DNA from: Lingula anatina
Taxonomy: Eukaryota; Animalia; Brachiopoda
Length of the DNA stretch: 64,000 nucleotides
NCBI GenBank assembly: GCA_051362555.1
Contig: CM120649.1
Coordinates: forward strand, 11,160,001-11,224,000
Direction: 5' to 3'
Under the pieces are notes generated by a model. The model was not told the DNA's origin and ran no database searches. It saw nothing but the letters and a program-made list of their open reading frames with translations. Made by a program: the position numbers and the translations under genes. Shown here piece after piece: positions 12,350 through 25,512 of this stretch; the first letter of the stretch is position 1; the number at the start of each line of letters is the position of its first letter.

Positions 12350-15300
12350 GACCCCAGTGCTTTGACGTTGACAGGTTGTCAGGAAAATGTCACCTGTTCT
12401 CAGGTAGGAAAGCAGCATCATTTAGATCTTTAAAACATTGCTGATAGGTCAGCCATTGAGATGTTCAGCAATATGAGAAAGCAGATATAAAATAATAGTT
12501 TACATTCAAAAGAAATGACTGAAATGATAAAAACACAAGCAATTTATTATATTCATCATTTTAGTCTTATTACTAGATATTGCCATTTTGTTTTGTTCTG
12601 AAGTCATAGTAAACAATGTAAAGATGCACGACTTTGACAATTATTTTGTTAATATTAAATCTTTGTAGTATGTTGTCAAGTGTATATACTAGAGGGGTTT
12701 TTATATCTAAATTGAAGATTTTTTTCTTTCAAGTGTCTGAAACCATGCGGCCAAACTCATACTGGTTTAGATGACTGCAAAGTAAGGTGTCAGGTATGAT
12801 GAACAAGAAAGAGTATGGTACAAAAGTAAACAGTCAACGTTTATATAGAGACTGAATTTAAATATTTTTACCCATGAAGCATAGGTACACTTGTGCTGAA
12901 ATGGTCAAGCAAGTTTGTCCTGACAGATCAGAATGTCAAAGGCAAAATTAGATTTGATTTTAGGACAAGATGAAATTAGAAAATGAGAACTTATCAGATT
13001 AAAAGGTTACCTTTTATTCACCTTGCCAATCTGGCAGTCTTGTGATGGCAAGTTTGCCCACTTGAAGGCCAGTTTTATATTTTGATCACAGAAGATCACC
13101 TGGCCAGATTCTTACTTTAGGAAAATAATTTTAGAATTGTTTGATCATTATAAAAGTACTGTGTAAAACTATACAAAAGTAAGGTTTACCTTAAAGTTTG
13201 TAAAGATGTGCTAGTACTGAATAGGTCAATAGAAATGAATAAATATTTCTTTTTATAATCTTTTTATGATAAATATTTCTTCTCACCCCCCAAAAGGATC
13301 ATGAAAGTTGCCTAAATTCCTGCTTATTTCTGGACGACATCAAGACCAACAGGCCAGGGTTGTGTCCTCCAGCAGAAGAGGCTGTCGGTTTCGCAGCCGT
13401 GTGCGTGGAGGCATGCACCACAGATGCCAGTTGTCCGGCCAGAGATGACAAGTGTTGCGACAACGGCTGCGGACACACTTGTCAGAAGGCAAAAGGAGAG
13501 GAAAATAGTAAGGAGATAGGTAGATGGATAGGTGGTTAAATGGATGATGAGAGGGCAGAAGGATGTGAGGGGGGACGAACAGACAGACAGACAGATAATA
13601 GATTGTTGCATGGATGCTAGTACACAATCATATGGTTAACAGTTAACCCTGCCAGTAGGTATGTCTGATAAGAACCATGGGAGCATATTGTCAGAGGCCT
13701 TTAACTACAATATACTCAATTGAATTGAATTGAAATATAGATTTACCTATCACAATTTATTTAAAAAAAAACATGTTGCCATAAAGTTAAGATCTTTACC
13801 CACTTTTTCTTCCTCCATTTGCTTCAGACAGAAATTTTTCACTTCAGGGTTTCCAGGGGTAAGATCTTTACCCCTTCTCTTATTGCTAAAGACACAACAT
13901 TTTACTTCAGGGTTGCCAGCAAGACCATACATCAAGAGGATCCAGGAGCTGACGGTGAACAACAGGGTGGTGGTAACCTGGAAGCCCAGCGCCCCGCAGA
14001 GGTACTCTGTACCCTTGGTCCACGTACTGCAGTCTCGCCAGAACCCAGGGGAGAAGGGGAAGGAGGCTTTGTGGACTGAGTGGGAAACTGTGAAACAGGT
14101 AACTCCATGTTTACCAAAAATTTTCACCAAGTGCAAGTGGGAAAACTTCTTGTCATCCTTGATTGCTCAAATAGAGATGTCAAATAAAGATGTTAAAATA
14201 ATGGTCATATCAGCAACATTGCTCAATTTTGGAAGATTTTGATTGTCTCTTATCAGGTCATTTAATATGTGAACATATTTCAATTTGGGTATTTATATGC
14301 TGAAGTGTTTTTCTGTGATCTAGTATTTTTGCATACAATAAAATATCTAAGTTAACTTGTTGCAGTGAATATTAGTGCAGCAGATCACATGTGGAAATTT
14401 CTGGTGCCAGGCATCCAATAAAAAAAGTTGGTCGTAGTCACTGTGATAATGTATGCAGTGGGTTCAAATAGTCTCCTCTCCCATGCCCCATAATCAAAAG
14501 CTGTTCCCCATACCAAGCATTGTATAAATTATTAACAATACATTAGTGACAATATATTCCTTTCCTAACAGACCACTCAGTACAGTGCCAACATAGACGA
14601 TGCAATTCTCGGTTACTGGTACGAGTTCCGAGTTGCCACGGTGAGCACCAATGGCAGTGTGGGATTCAGTTCCGGGTCCAAGGCATTGAGGCTCAGCAGA
14701 GGTGAAACAGAGTTATATTACTCGAATAAGCTATGAATGATTTTAATTCTATAAAATTGTAATCAGATTAGAAATATATTTTCTTATTAAAATTATCAAG
14801 ATCCAACAGTTTGTGTAATATTCAATTTTGTTTTTTCTAAAATCTGTAATTCTCTCTCAGTTACTTTAGAAAAGAAATATGGATTTTTAAATCTCATAAT
14901 TAAAAGCAAAAACAGTGTTGTACCATGCAGCCAATCATGTTTTTACCCTATGCTACCTGCATTAATAAACATATTTTAACTGTTAGCAACATGAACAATA
15001 TTTTAGGTCTTTGTTTTATTGCAGTTCCACAGCCGCCTTCACAACCAGTCAACCTTACCGAAGGAAGTACCACAGTGCATGATGGGAAAATTGATGTTGA
15101 AATAAAATGGCTACCACCACTGACTTCTGACCTTCCAATTATAAGATACAGGGTACTGCCATCTTTTTTTTCTGAATTTTAATATAAATTTGAAAAAAAA
15201 TGCTTGTGTCTTTTGTGGTACCAACAACTGACTACATATAGCTTCATTCTCGAACAGAAAGGAGTTGGAACTTCTCCAGGCTTTCTCCATTGATCATACA

Positions 15301-18300
15301 TCATAGTCACCAAAGCATTCCTTTTTAATGCCATTCAACTTTTTACTTTCAGGTATTTTGGAGTGAGAGACTCAGTAGTATAAGCCCTGTGTTTGTTTCT
15401 CTGAAAGAACACAGGCAGTCTGTCTCAGGGGTAAGTAATCAGTGTAGCAGATCATGATTTATTAGGGTAATTCCTCCATGTAGCATACACAACCACAGTA
15501 TGGATCTATTGCATGTAAAAATCACCAGGAAACATATGATTGATTAAATGAATGATAAATTTTGTTTATGCCTTAAATCTATCCTGTATGAAAACTATAT
15601 TATACCGAAATCTTCCCCAGTTTTGCTTACAGTTATTTGAATTCTGTAAACAGGATATTGATTCAGTTGCACTGTAAATTCATTTATAGCAATGTTATAT
15701 ATTATTTTCATCTTTCATTATTTCCAGAATCAAAACAGCTACACAATCAAAAATCTCAAACCAGACACCACATATTTTGTTGAGGTATGTTTGAGATGGT
15801 TTATATTTCGAAAAAGAACTTCTGTCAAAACTTGATTACTCCTTTAATGATCTCACTGTTAAGACTGACACTTTTGAAAGTATAATTTATTTATTCATTT
15901 CTTTTTGTAGCTGATAATTTTAGACACTTTTCTCCATTTTGTGGCTTTTATCAAGGTTTAAAAGACAGTAATTTTTGCAATTTTAAAGTCAAAGCAACTT
16001 TGATATGTTGTAGAATTGGACCAAAGAGTGCTATTCAGAGAAATTGTATTAGATGAGATGAGAAAATATTCCCCATCCAGCATTTCCCATCCTTTACCTT
16101 GGCTACTTATCTTTCACATGGTAGTACAAAACATCAGTAACTGTAATAACAGCATGTACCATAATATTGGTGGATGTATGCTGAAGTTATGCCATTAGTA
16201 CAATGTATAACTAATATTATATTAATTTGTAGAAATATAATACATAGCAGTTTGATTTTGTACATGGTCACTACATCATTTAAGGCATTTAATAGCTTCA
16301 ATGAACTTGTCACCTCCAGAGAAAAAGAGAGCTATTGGATTTACTTTTTGACATCTGCCTTTTTCTTTATCTTTTGTCTACAGGTGCAAGCAATATGTCG
16401 CTATGGTCGCAAAAAGCTGAGGAGCCGGAGGAGGTCTTTCTATATCACTACCTATGCAATACCTACAGCACCACCTGGTAAGTCCTGAAAATAAAATGTT
16501 CGTTCCTTTAATTTATCATCTTGTCTGTGCTCTATTAAGCTTATTGGTGCTGCAAACTGCTAGGGTCTTAGAAACAACTATCTGAAATTTGAAGCAGTTG
16601 TCAATAATGAACACATTAATTTTGCATAATTTTACTGGGCTGGTTTTAGTTTTACTGGCTTTTGGTATGGTCACATTGAAGAAAGTTCTCTCTTACTAGT
16701 TAATCATCATTTCACTGAGTAGATTTACTAGTACGTGGATCTTAAAACTATTTCAAAAGTTTTTGACTAAAAAGTCATCATATTTGCCTTATTTTGAAAG
16801 CCATGCTATTTCCTTGTTAAATTTTTTATTTAAGGGCTAAAGACCATTGAAATCCTGAAACATTGGTGATCAAGAAATTGTCAAATCATTAAAAATACCC
16901 ATTGTTTCTTTTAGTTTCAGAACGTCCCACTGTCTTTGACATGGCTTATCTTGACCTACCAATGCCCCCTACAGTACTGAACCTCACTGTGCCAGAGGTG
17001 TATTTTTCTGAAGGCCAACTAAGGGCAAAGGTCACCTGGCTTACCACTGCAACCCGTGCAGGTCAGATTGAATTTGAATAAAAAAAATTATTAGATAAAA
17101 AATATCAATAATAATAAATGGAGAACTTAATTTTAAAAAATGTCAAATCTAGTTGAGAGATTTTCTTTGATCATCAACTAGATGATGAACGTAATGTTGA
17201 ACATGTCTTCTGGTCCTGAAAGCACAATACAATGCAGTTTAATTGTGAAAAACTTGTCATAACTTTTGCTTATTGATAACACATGGCTGTAGCACAGATG
17301 AATTGTGTTCATTTCTATGATAGCAGCATGGTCTTTTCTCCTTCAATTTGATTTACAGGTCCTCTTTTTATTTCAAGTTAATCTTTTAAAGATTTTTCAC
17401 TTTCACCTAGTTTGCAAAAACATGCATTCTGGCATATACCCAAGTTACAGATATATTGCATTTAGTCTTTAACACCATGATTCAAGAACTACATTGGACT
17501 CAAAAATTTATTGTACAAAATGTCAAGTACATTTTACACTGACGAGAAAACAAACGAAATATTCAAAATAGACATTGCTGGTTTAACTCTTGAAGGCTAA
17601 TAGTCTAATCATCTGACAGGAATTTACTTGTATTTAGATTTTGTCTTGGTGCAGAAGTACACAGTCCACTGGGTGGCGCTTGTGTGTCAAGATGAGCCAC
17701 AGACAGAAGCAATAAAGAAAGGTGCTACAACACATGTAAGTGAAAAAATCACCTCAGTCCCTTTCTCAGATGTCTTTTTGTCTGGATATAATTTGATAAA
17801 AATGATATATCAAGCCAAGGTTCTTCATGACAAACTAAACTTGAGTTCAAAGAATTTTTAATTGACTCACGACAGATATATGATATTTAAAAAACAATAT
17901 ATTTATATATTTTTGTAAAATTCCTGGGTTTCCTTTCTGTGCAGGACACATTGTTTACTCTCTATGACCTGGAATACAGTTGCCATTATGAGGTGATGGT
18001 ACGGAGTGTCTCTGCAGAGGGAAGGCAGAGCACTGTTACAACAGCCAGGTTTTACACCCCATCTTGCCATTCAGTGAAAGTGAAGGGGGATATAGCCCCC
18101 AACTGCCCGGCAACACCAGGTACACTATGGTCTAATTTTTAATGTAAAAAAACTTTCAACTAAGGCATTTTATACTTTTTAATAATAAAAAATCTATTCC
18201 TGGGATTATCTGTAATTTTTCCTTTATCATAAGATTTTGTTCTTTGTGCATTTGGAGACAAAACTATCAACTATTTACTGAAGTTATAACCACAGTTTTA

Positions 18301-20342
18301 ATTTTACAATTTTTTAGTGTCAGAAGTTCAACTGTTGTTTGAAACATCTGTATTAATTTTGCAACTTTACTCCTTCAAGGTTTATTATTTTCGGGCATTC
18401 AAAATGTACTTTTTTTCAGATTTTGAATTAATGAAAAGGAATAAGAATCATTTTGCTCAAATTTACTGAGTAATTATTGTATTTTTTTCTTCACAGCTCC
18501 TCAGGTTACCATGGAGACAGAGACTGTGAGAGGTATGGAGGGAACATCTGCCATATTGAGGTGTAACGTTATCGGGATGGAAGCTCCAGCTTTAAGTTGG
18601 AGTAGGCAAGATGGTGAAGAACTGACCGCCTCCAATCACAGGGTAAGAAGGAGAGTCGGACAAAAAAAAAAAGAAAAAATGTTGAAAAATAAATTCAATC
18701 TTAAATTGTAATACAATGCAGGGACCGATCAAGGGTTATTTGAAGGGGTGGGGTCCGTTTTTTTAGGAATGACAGGCTGTTAATGAAAAGTCTAACCCCC
18801 CCCCCCCTTCTTGGCGTGGGCTGCGGGGCTAAAGGCCCCGAAAAAAAAAAGATAGTTTACAGGGTGAATGGTGCCTTTTGGTATGGTTTAGAACTATTAT
18901 TCAGAAACTGATTTTTCCAAATCCTTATTTCAGGAGGGGACAGTTTAATTGATGGAAGGTTTTATATAATCACATGGAAATATACACTTTTGTACAATTT
19001 ACAGCTACTAGATGGCGCTCTTCACATATTGAGCCTCTCAGCAGAGGACTCCGGGGTGTATGTCTGCAGTGCGCAGAACCATCGGGGTCAGGTTGCCACG
19101 GGCACAATGACAGTGATTGTTGAAAGTAAGTGGGGAAAATAACAGGAAAGTCTACAGAAATGTTGCACAGTATAATGTTTTTTTCCCCAGTTTGTAAAAA
19201 CTTTTCTTTGTCATGGTAAAGCTTGGATTAAAAAGAGTTTAATTCTGTAAAAAGAGTTTAATTCTTAGCTATGATGTTTTATGATTCAAAAACCAGTCTG
19301 TTACCTAGCATTATTGGTAGACATGTTGCAGTAATTGTTATTATTCTAATTTTTAGAACCTGTTCTACCTCCCAAGCCAAAAGAGCTCCAGCACAGCTTC
19401 ATTATCACAGACGGCAACATAACTGCCCATTTGACCTGGAAACTTCCTGCCCCTGCCCCAGAAGATGCATATCATAGCATTACAGGGTTTCAGGTCAGTT
19501 GGGGTCAAAGGTCAGGGTCATCTGAAGGTCAGGGGTCGAGTTCCACGATGACTGGTGCAACAGTGGCTGTGTCGATACCTGAAGACCTTGAGGTATTGAA
19601 GCACTCTCTCTCTTGCTTCCCCCTCCCCTCTCTTTGTCTCCCCCTCTTCCCTCTTTTTCTCTTGCCCCCCTCTTTCTGTCTGTTGCTTTGTCTCTCTTTC
19701 TTTCTTGCCCCCCCCCCCCACACCTTTCAGTAATTGCTTGATGAGAACTTAAAGTTTGATAAGCAGTTAAGATATCAAAGATTATTTCCACCAGGTTATG
19801 ATAAAAATGTACCTGTCGGGTAAATGTCAGGAACTTAAAACTTTTTCAGGCAACTTTTGAGCTCAGTCTGGCTGACCTAGATGAAGGGACAGTGTACGTG
19901 GTCCAGGTACAGGTGCTGTCCACAGTGGGGGCAGGGCCAGCCCAGAAGATCAGTTTTACCACTCCCGTCTTGAATTTTAATACTCAACTCCAAGGTGGGT
20001 TTTAGGTCATACAGAGACATTTCATCACATAATGAAAAGTTTGCCTCCCACGAAGGGCTTGGTTATTCTTAAAGCAGTGCAAACAGTGAGTATGTGCATC
20101 TAATATATGCATCTTCTGTGCTATTATTTCCAGAACCATCTGCGCAAGAGGAAGAGCATAATTCTCACATGAATAATAAAGAAAAGAAGGACAAATATGA
20201 CACAGAACATAACTTCAAAGAAAGGACATTAAAGTCTACATCTGGATCATGGAGCCTCAAGATGCACCAGAGCTATTTTATGCAGGGTTCCTTACTTTTG
20301 TTTGCTCTCTTAAAAATAGGTGTCACTGGTGTAGTCTTGTGA
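12350..20342 (+). CDS. ANOS1: Anosmin-1 (KAL1) orthologue, 5'-incomplete: Cys-rich, WAP, FN3 x3, Ig, FN3, hydrophobic GPI-like C-terminus
   Basis: GT-AG, phase-consistent exons: 12350-12403, 12734-12793, 13297-13507 (WAP: CPPAEEAVGFAAVCVEACTTDASCPARDDKCCDNGCGHTCQ), 13911-14098, 14572-14701 (YWYEFRVATVSTNGSVGFS), 15025-15152 (SDLPIIRYR), 15353-15430, 15728-15784, 16384-16477, 16915-17061, 17638-17735, 17945-18119 (DLEYSCHYEV..FYTPSC), 18497-18642, 19005-19125, 19357-19592, 19850-19994, 20134-20342. Motifs match anosmin-1. The signal-peptide exon was not found and probably lies upstream of the window. Confidence 0.93.
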
Positions 20343-21669
20343 TGGATTATAGAGAGCGCTGTTGTACAGTCGTCAGTGTGTCTGTTGAGATATCTTCCAG
20401 ATATAGCTGCTCTAGTGAAGAATATCCTGTGCCTGATGGACATTTTCATGTAATATGACATGATGATGTTTTAGATTGTCTTGAAAAAAAGTATTTGGTG
20501 GTAGTATACGTGGATGCCATCTGTTGACAATCTTAGCTATGCTCTCTGACAATGAGAAGAGAGAACATATTTTTTGTGCTTATAACTTGTGTATACGCAT
20601 CACTACAGAATTTCATGATCTTGAGCTGGTCTCTTGAATGATACCCAGTTATCAGTTTGTACTTAACTGTCTTCTTGCATGCCATTGTTTTATGTAACAA
20701 ATATTACAAAATGTAATGCAAAGCGATTTTGATTTTGCAGCAGTTTACTAAAATTATGGGTTTGTTGTGATAGGTATTATTTTTGTAAGAATTTCATGTG
20801 CATGTGGACTGTTCTGCCCAAGCAGACTTGCTGATTTGACATGCATGTAGGAAAATGGCATTTTATCAAAGTTTGACATATTTGACATATTGACTTGTGT
20901 GTTACATCAAGTTTTTTGGAGCCAGTTATTTGTAAGGGTGAGAAAAAGAGAGAAAGACTTGTGTAATGTACTCATGTAAATCATGTTAGTATATTATTTA
21001 CAAATGATGAACACGCATAATGAACAAGTTATTCCTAGCTTTTACAAACAAAATCGACTTAATTTTTAGTTTTGTATATTTTATGTTTAGTTTTATGTTA
21101 TTTTGCTATATGATATGTTATTGATATATATGAAATACAGTGTATAGTGTCCCCAGTTCATACCCACTTGTACCCTTGACACTAAAGTGTGTGTCTTGGT
21201 AGAATTTATTCTTTTTTGTAAACTTTGTCATGCACATTTAAATGTATCGCATTGTATAAGATTTACTTTGATACATAGATTTTACTGATTAATGAACCTC
21301 AGTTCTTGCGATATAGAAGCATTTCAATTTTTACCGTATGTTGACAATCAAAGTTTCTTTGAGACGGATTATCTGATATATACTGGTTCAAAACGACTTG
21401 GGAGAATTCTGATTCTGAAAGGATCTGAAATAGGTGAAAAACAGAATGATATTTCTTGTTTCGTTTTATAACAAATATTTGCATGATGTTCTGGCAGTGA
21501 GATTTGTATTAAGATGTTGGAATTGGCATGTTTTAATAGCTTGTCAGCAAAAGATCTGTTCAATTTACTTTACGTAGCCTGATGCGGATGCCAAGATGCA
21601 GATTTGTTAATGTTTTTTTAAGAAGATTGATCAGTAAAATGCTACAATTGTTGATATTTAAAAGATATT

Positions 21670-21675
21670 AATAAA
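21670..21675 (+). terminator. Candidate polyadenylation signal of the anosmin gene
   Basis: AATAAA followed by a GT/T-rich tract (gtgtcttttgcttgtttgtg) ~1.3 kb after the stop; also retained in the duplicated copy at ~35526. Confidence 0.5.
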
Positions 21676-23203
21676 ATATTAAAACTTTACGTGTCTTTTG
21701 CTTGTTTGTGAATTACTCTAGAAAGGTACAGTGCCTGTGCATTTGTTATGCCAAAATAGGAACGGATGGTGAAAATGATGTAAGCAGCAGGTTTTATTCC
21801 ACAACATACCTAAAGCCTAGGTTACATTTGCCATGCGTTGTGCGTGCGGTGCTCGTACACTGTTCGTAAATCCCTTTTCGTGAGACAGTGGTGTTTGAAA
21901 TTTGGAGTAATCCACTTGCATAAACATGGAAGTTTTTGCGTTACTTTACTTAAGCCAAATGGGTGCTTAAAATCGTATGGGGCTATTGACAGTATTGATC
22001 TTCAAGGAAGCCGCACGGAAGACGTAAGGGAACTTCACTTAAAACTGAAAGGGCTCCGTGCGATCGTTTTTCAACCGACAACCATGAACTGATTTTTCCC
22101 AATGTGACCTCAAAGTCATGGCTCAGTATAGGAGAGGCACTGGCACGTAATGTAAAGGTACTCGCCATTTACAAACGATGTCAGTTGAAGAGAATTATTA
22201 TCGTACGGTTCATTTGGCAACTGTAATCTAGGCTTGAGTCATGTGCATGAATCAAGATATGACCGTAATATAATTTGTAGAGTAGTGAAAAACGAGGGAG
22301 TAACATGACAAAAATGTTCTGCGCTCTCCGCGTATGCAGCCGTGCCAATAGTCGGTTTCATGGTTGAAAAAAGATCAAAAATTATATCGCCAAAGTAATC
22401 TATCTCTCAAAACCACAAATAATTATTTTGGTGTCCTCTCTGAAAATGCTTTATACCGAAATTTTATTTTGCAGTCATGAATTGTATATACATCATGGGC
22501 GGAACTATATGTATTTTGGCAACGTTACCATTTTGGCGGTGCACATGTACAGTGTACATGCTCCATTAGCTCCTACAGAAAACGGAGTGTTCGTGTGACG
22601 TGTGCGATAATAAAAACCTTAAGTGAATTTTTCATACAATAACCAATGAACATTAAGTGCAGGTTAAATTGATTCACTTTTTCTCTTCGGAATAAAGAGT
22701 GGCTGGCTCATTCTGAAACGCCATCATTCTTCCAAACGTCGATAAGAGAGCGGAGTCAGAAGAAATTTCCGTCTCCCCAATATTTACGCATCTTTTGTCG
22801 CATGTAATAGCGGAAAAGGAAGAAACGAAGCAGAATTAAACATTTCAAATTGTTTCGTCATTTGCGTCAATTTATATTTTTGGTAGCAATTGATCTGAAC
22901 AATCTGATATCAGATAAATAAAGAAAATACATTTGAATGTCTTTTTGAAATCAATAGACCATGTAAAACTACAATTATATGAATATTTATTTTTCTTATC
23001 GCTGGAAGGCAAATAGATTTTTTGACCGAAAAACTATTCTTACACTTGCACTGCGCCATTGTCCTTGCTAAATTCGCTCTGCTCTGTATATCACATGTAT
23101 CACACATACCAAATCATTTTGAATACTTTAAAAATTAGTAATTACCTTTTAGAATTTTTAGATTTTGTGCTGCATATTTGTTGTTATACTGCTACTATAC
23201 ATG

Positions 23204-23204
<1 letters not shown>

Positions 23205-23237
<33 letters not shown>

Positions 23238-23246
23238 GCTACTACA

Positions 23247-23286
<40 letters not shown>

Positions 23287-23304
23287 ATAATAATAATAAT
23301 AATA
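23205..23304. repeat. (CTA)n-(TAA)n compound microsatellite
   Basis: Direct reading; explains the poly-L/poly-T/poly-N ORFs. Confidence 0.95.
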
Positions 23305-25512
23305 AAGTTTTCAATTTCTCAAAGTGGACAGGTTCGGTTAATTTTACCGCTAGAGATAAAAAGGTTTATAAACTTTGCGTTATGTTATTCCAGATTGAAC
23401 TCTATAAAAACCTATCCCAATGAATGCCTTGCCGCTTGAGAGCCCTGGTAGCAGCCAGAAGAGATCAGACGTAATGTTCAGCGACCATTGCTGTAACTAT
23501 ATACTGAGGGTCCTTTGTGGACCCTTTTACGATAATTTTGAAAATATGGAGATCCAAATTATCTCTTTTAATGGTTGTCGTATGGCATAGAATATGCAAT
23601 GAATTTTTGTTTGCTTCACTGGCGAATTTAATTAATGAACTGATGTCACAATGACATCAAAGAGATAATTAAAAGTTATTAAAACACGATTTTAGTCATT
23701 ATTTTAATTTATCAGTCGGAAGTGGATATTGAACATTTGGCCCCACTTCTTACCATGTGGTTTTTGTGGTGTTGGTAAGAAGAGAGTTATGGATTAAAGA
23801 AAGGAGGAGACATGTTCATGAAAACGAACTTGCTATTTGTTCTTGCCCTTTGTACTTTCCCACCTTCTCTTAATTTTTAGTTTTTCTGGCATTAGGCCCA
23901 CATATGTGTCGTTTGTTATCCTTGACGAGTCAGACTTTTCCAATACTTCTTTTTGATTTTTTAACATAATTTTCTTTAATGGTCTATGTTTTTGTGAGTA
24001 CTCATGAAAGTGTCACAAAACGCTTGCAGCTATTAATTTTTACCCAATGCTCTGAATGCGTGTTTAATAATAATAATAATAATGATTTTATTAACGTCTC
24101 ACGTTTTAAATAAATAAAACCCACCCTACTAAGAGTTATGAGAGACTGTTTAATTGTTTGCCTCAAAAATATCAATTTGATTGCGTTGTCCCTTATTGCG
24201 AACGCGACCGGGCGTATTGATCGACCTTTAAATTGTGGCAGCCCGGGAATTGATCCCGACATTGTTTATCAGACAGCACAATTGCTGAGCAGATCAAATC
24301 AACAATCTTCATTTTTTCTGTAGTTGAAACCAAACATTAATGCTTAGTTCACTCTGAAAATAATCACATTGGCTGCCATCTTAAAAAAAAAAAAAAAAAA
24401 AAAAACGAACAGAGTGTTGAGTTAATTGATTGAAATTAATATTAATTCAATTGCGTCTTCCTTTTCACTGTGGCATTCTGTTTTGTGAAGAAGAATATGT
24501 GATATTAAGTTAAAACATTAAGGTGGGCACACCATGTTGGGTGTTTTTTCTAGACTTCATACCATTCCGTGCAAGAAAACAATTTAAAAACCAAGAGAAA
24601 ATTTTATGCCATGGAAAGAGATACAAATTGTTATTAGAGGAAAAAAAGGGAAAACGTTCAATTTTTATGTGTACGGACTGAACGAAACGAAGACTGCTGC
24701 TGGAAGTCGCATCAAAATACGGTAAACATTAAAAATCACTAGTTGTGCAACCATGAAATATGAAATCCCAGTATTTTTCTGAAGCTATGTATAAGCAATC
24801 TGAAATGTAAAGGAGAGGATCCAGGAGTATTTGAAAGGGGGGGGGGGAATCTTTTTGGGAATCCGAATGCGAAGGCTGCCCTCGCCCCCGTAACGTTTGG
24901 GGTCCGATCAAGGGCCCCGAAATCGTTGGTGTTTTGAGGGCAAACGGGCACCGTTTAGGGCTAGAATTCACCTAGTCAAAATTCAAATTTCAAGAGGGAC
25001 CATTGGTGTGATTGATTTCACCAGAAAACGTATTACAATGTTTTATTTTGCTCCTAAGTGCTTCCTTCGCCCTTTTAATTCACTAAAAGCGTTTCTACAA
25101 ATGAATAATTTTGAGATAGGGCGTTCTGATTCATTCAGTAGAGTGATATGACAAGAAGAAAAAAAAGAATCTCGTACTAGACGTGCAACGAGATTTATTA
25201 TTTTTCTTTATAAATAGATTCGCTTGTTTTTATCTTGTATGTGCAAACACTAATAATTGTGCTAGTACACTGGAATATTCAGGGGAGAGTATAGAGATAA
25301 CCCCCTCTCACTCCCTCCAATATAGCATAAGGAGCAATACGAGAAAACAAGAAAATTCCCCGTTCCTGGTCCGTATATATATTACAGAAAAGTTGTCTTT
25401 TTTTTTTAATTATTAGTTTATAAACCTTTTTGTCCTTGTTCACCGCCTCCCAACCTTAACAAAACTCTAGATACGCCATTGTAGCTAAACTAACTACTTA
25501 TAAATATTACAG

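Noticed and set aside
23059-23439. Poly-Leu / poly-Thr ORFs
   Set aside because: Translation of a (CTA)n(TAA)n microsatellite
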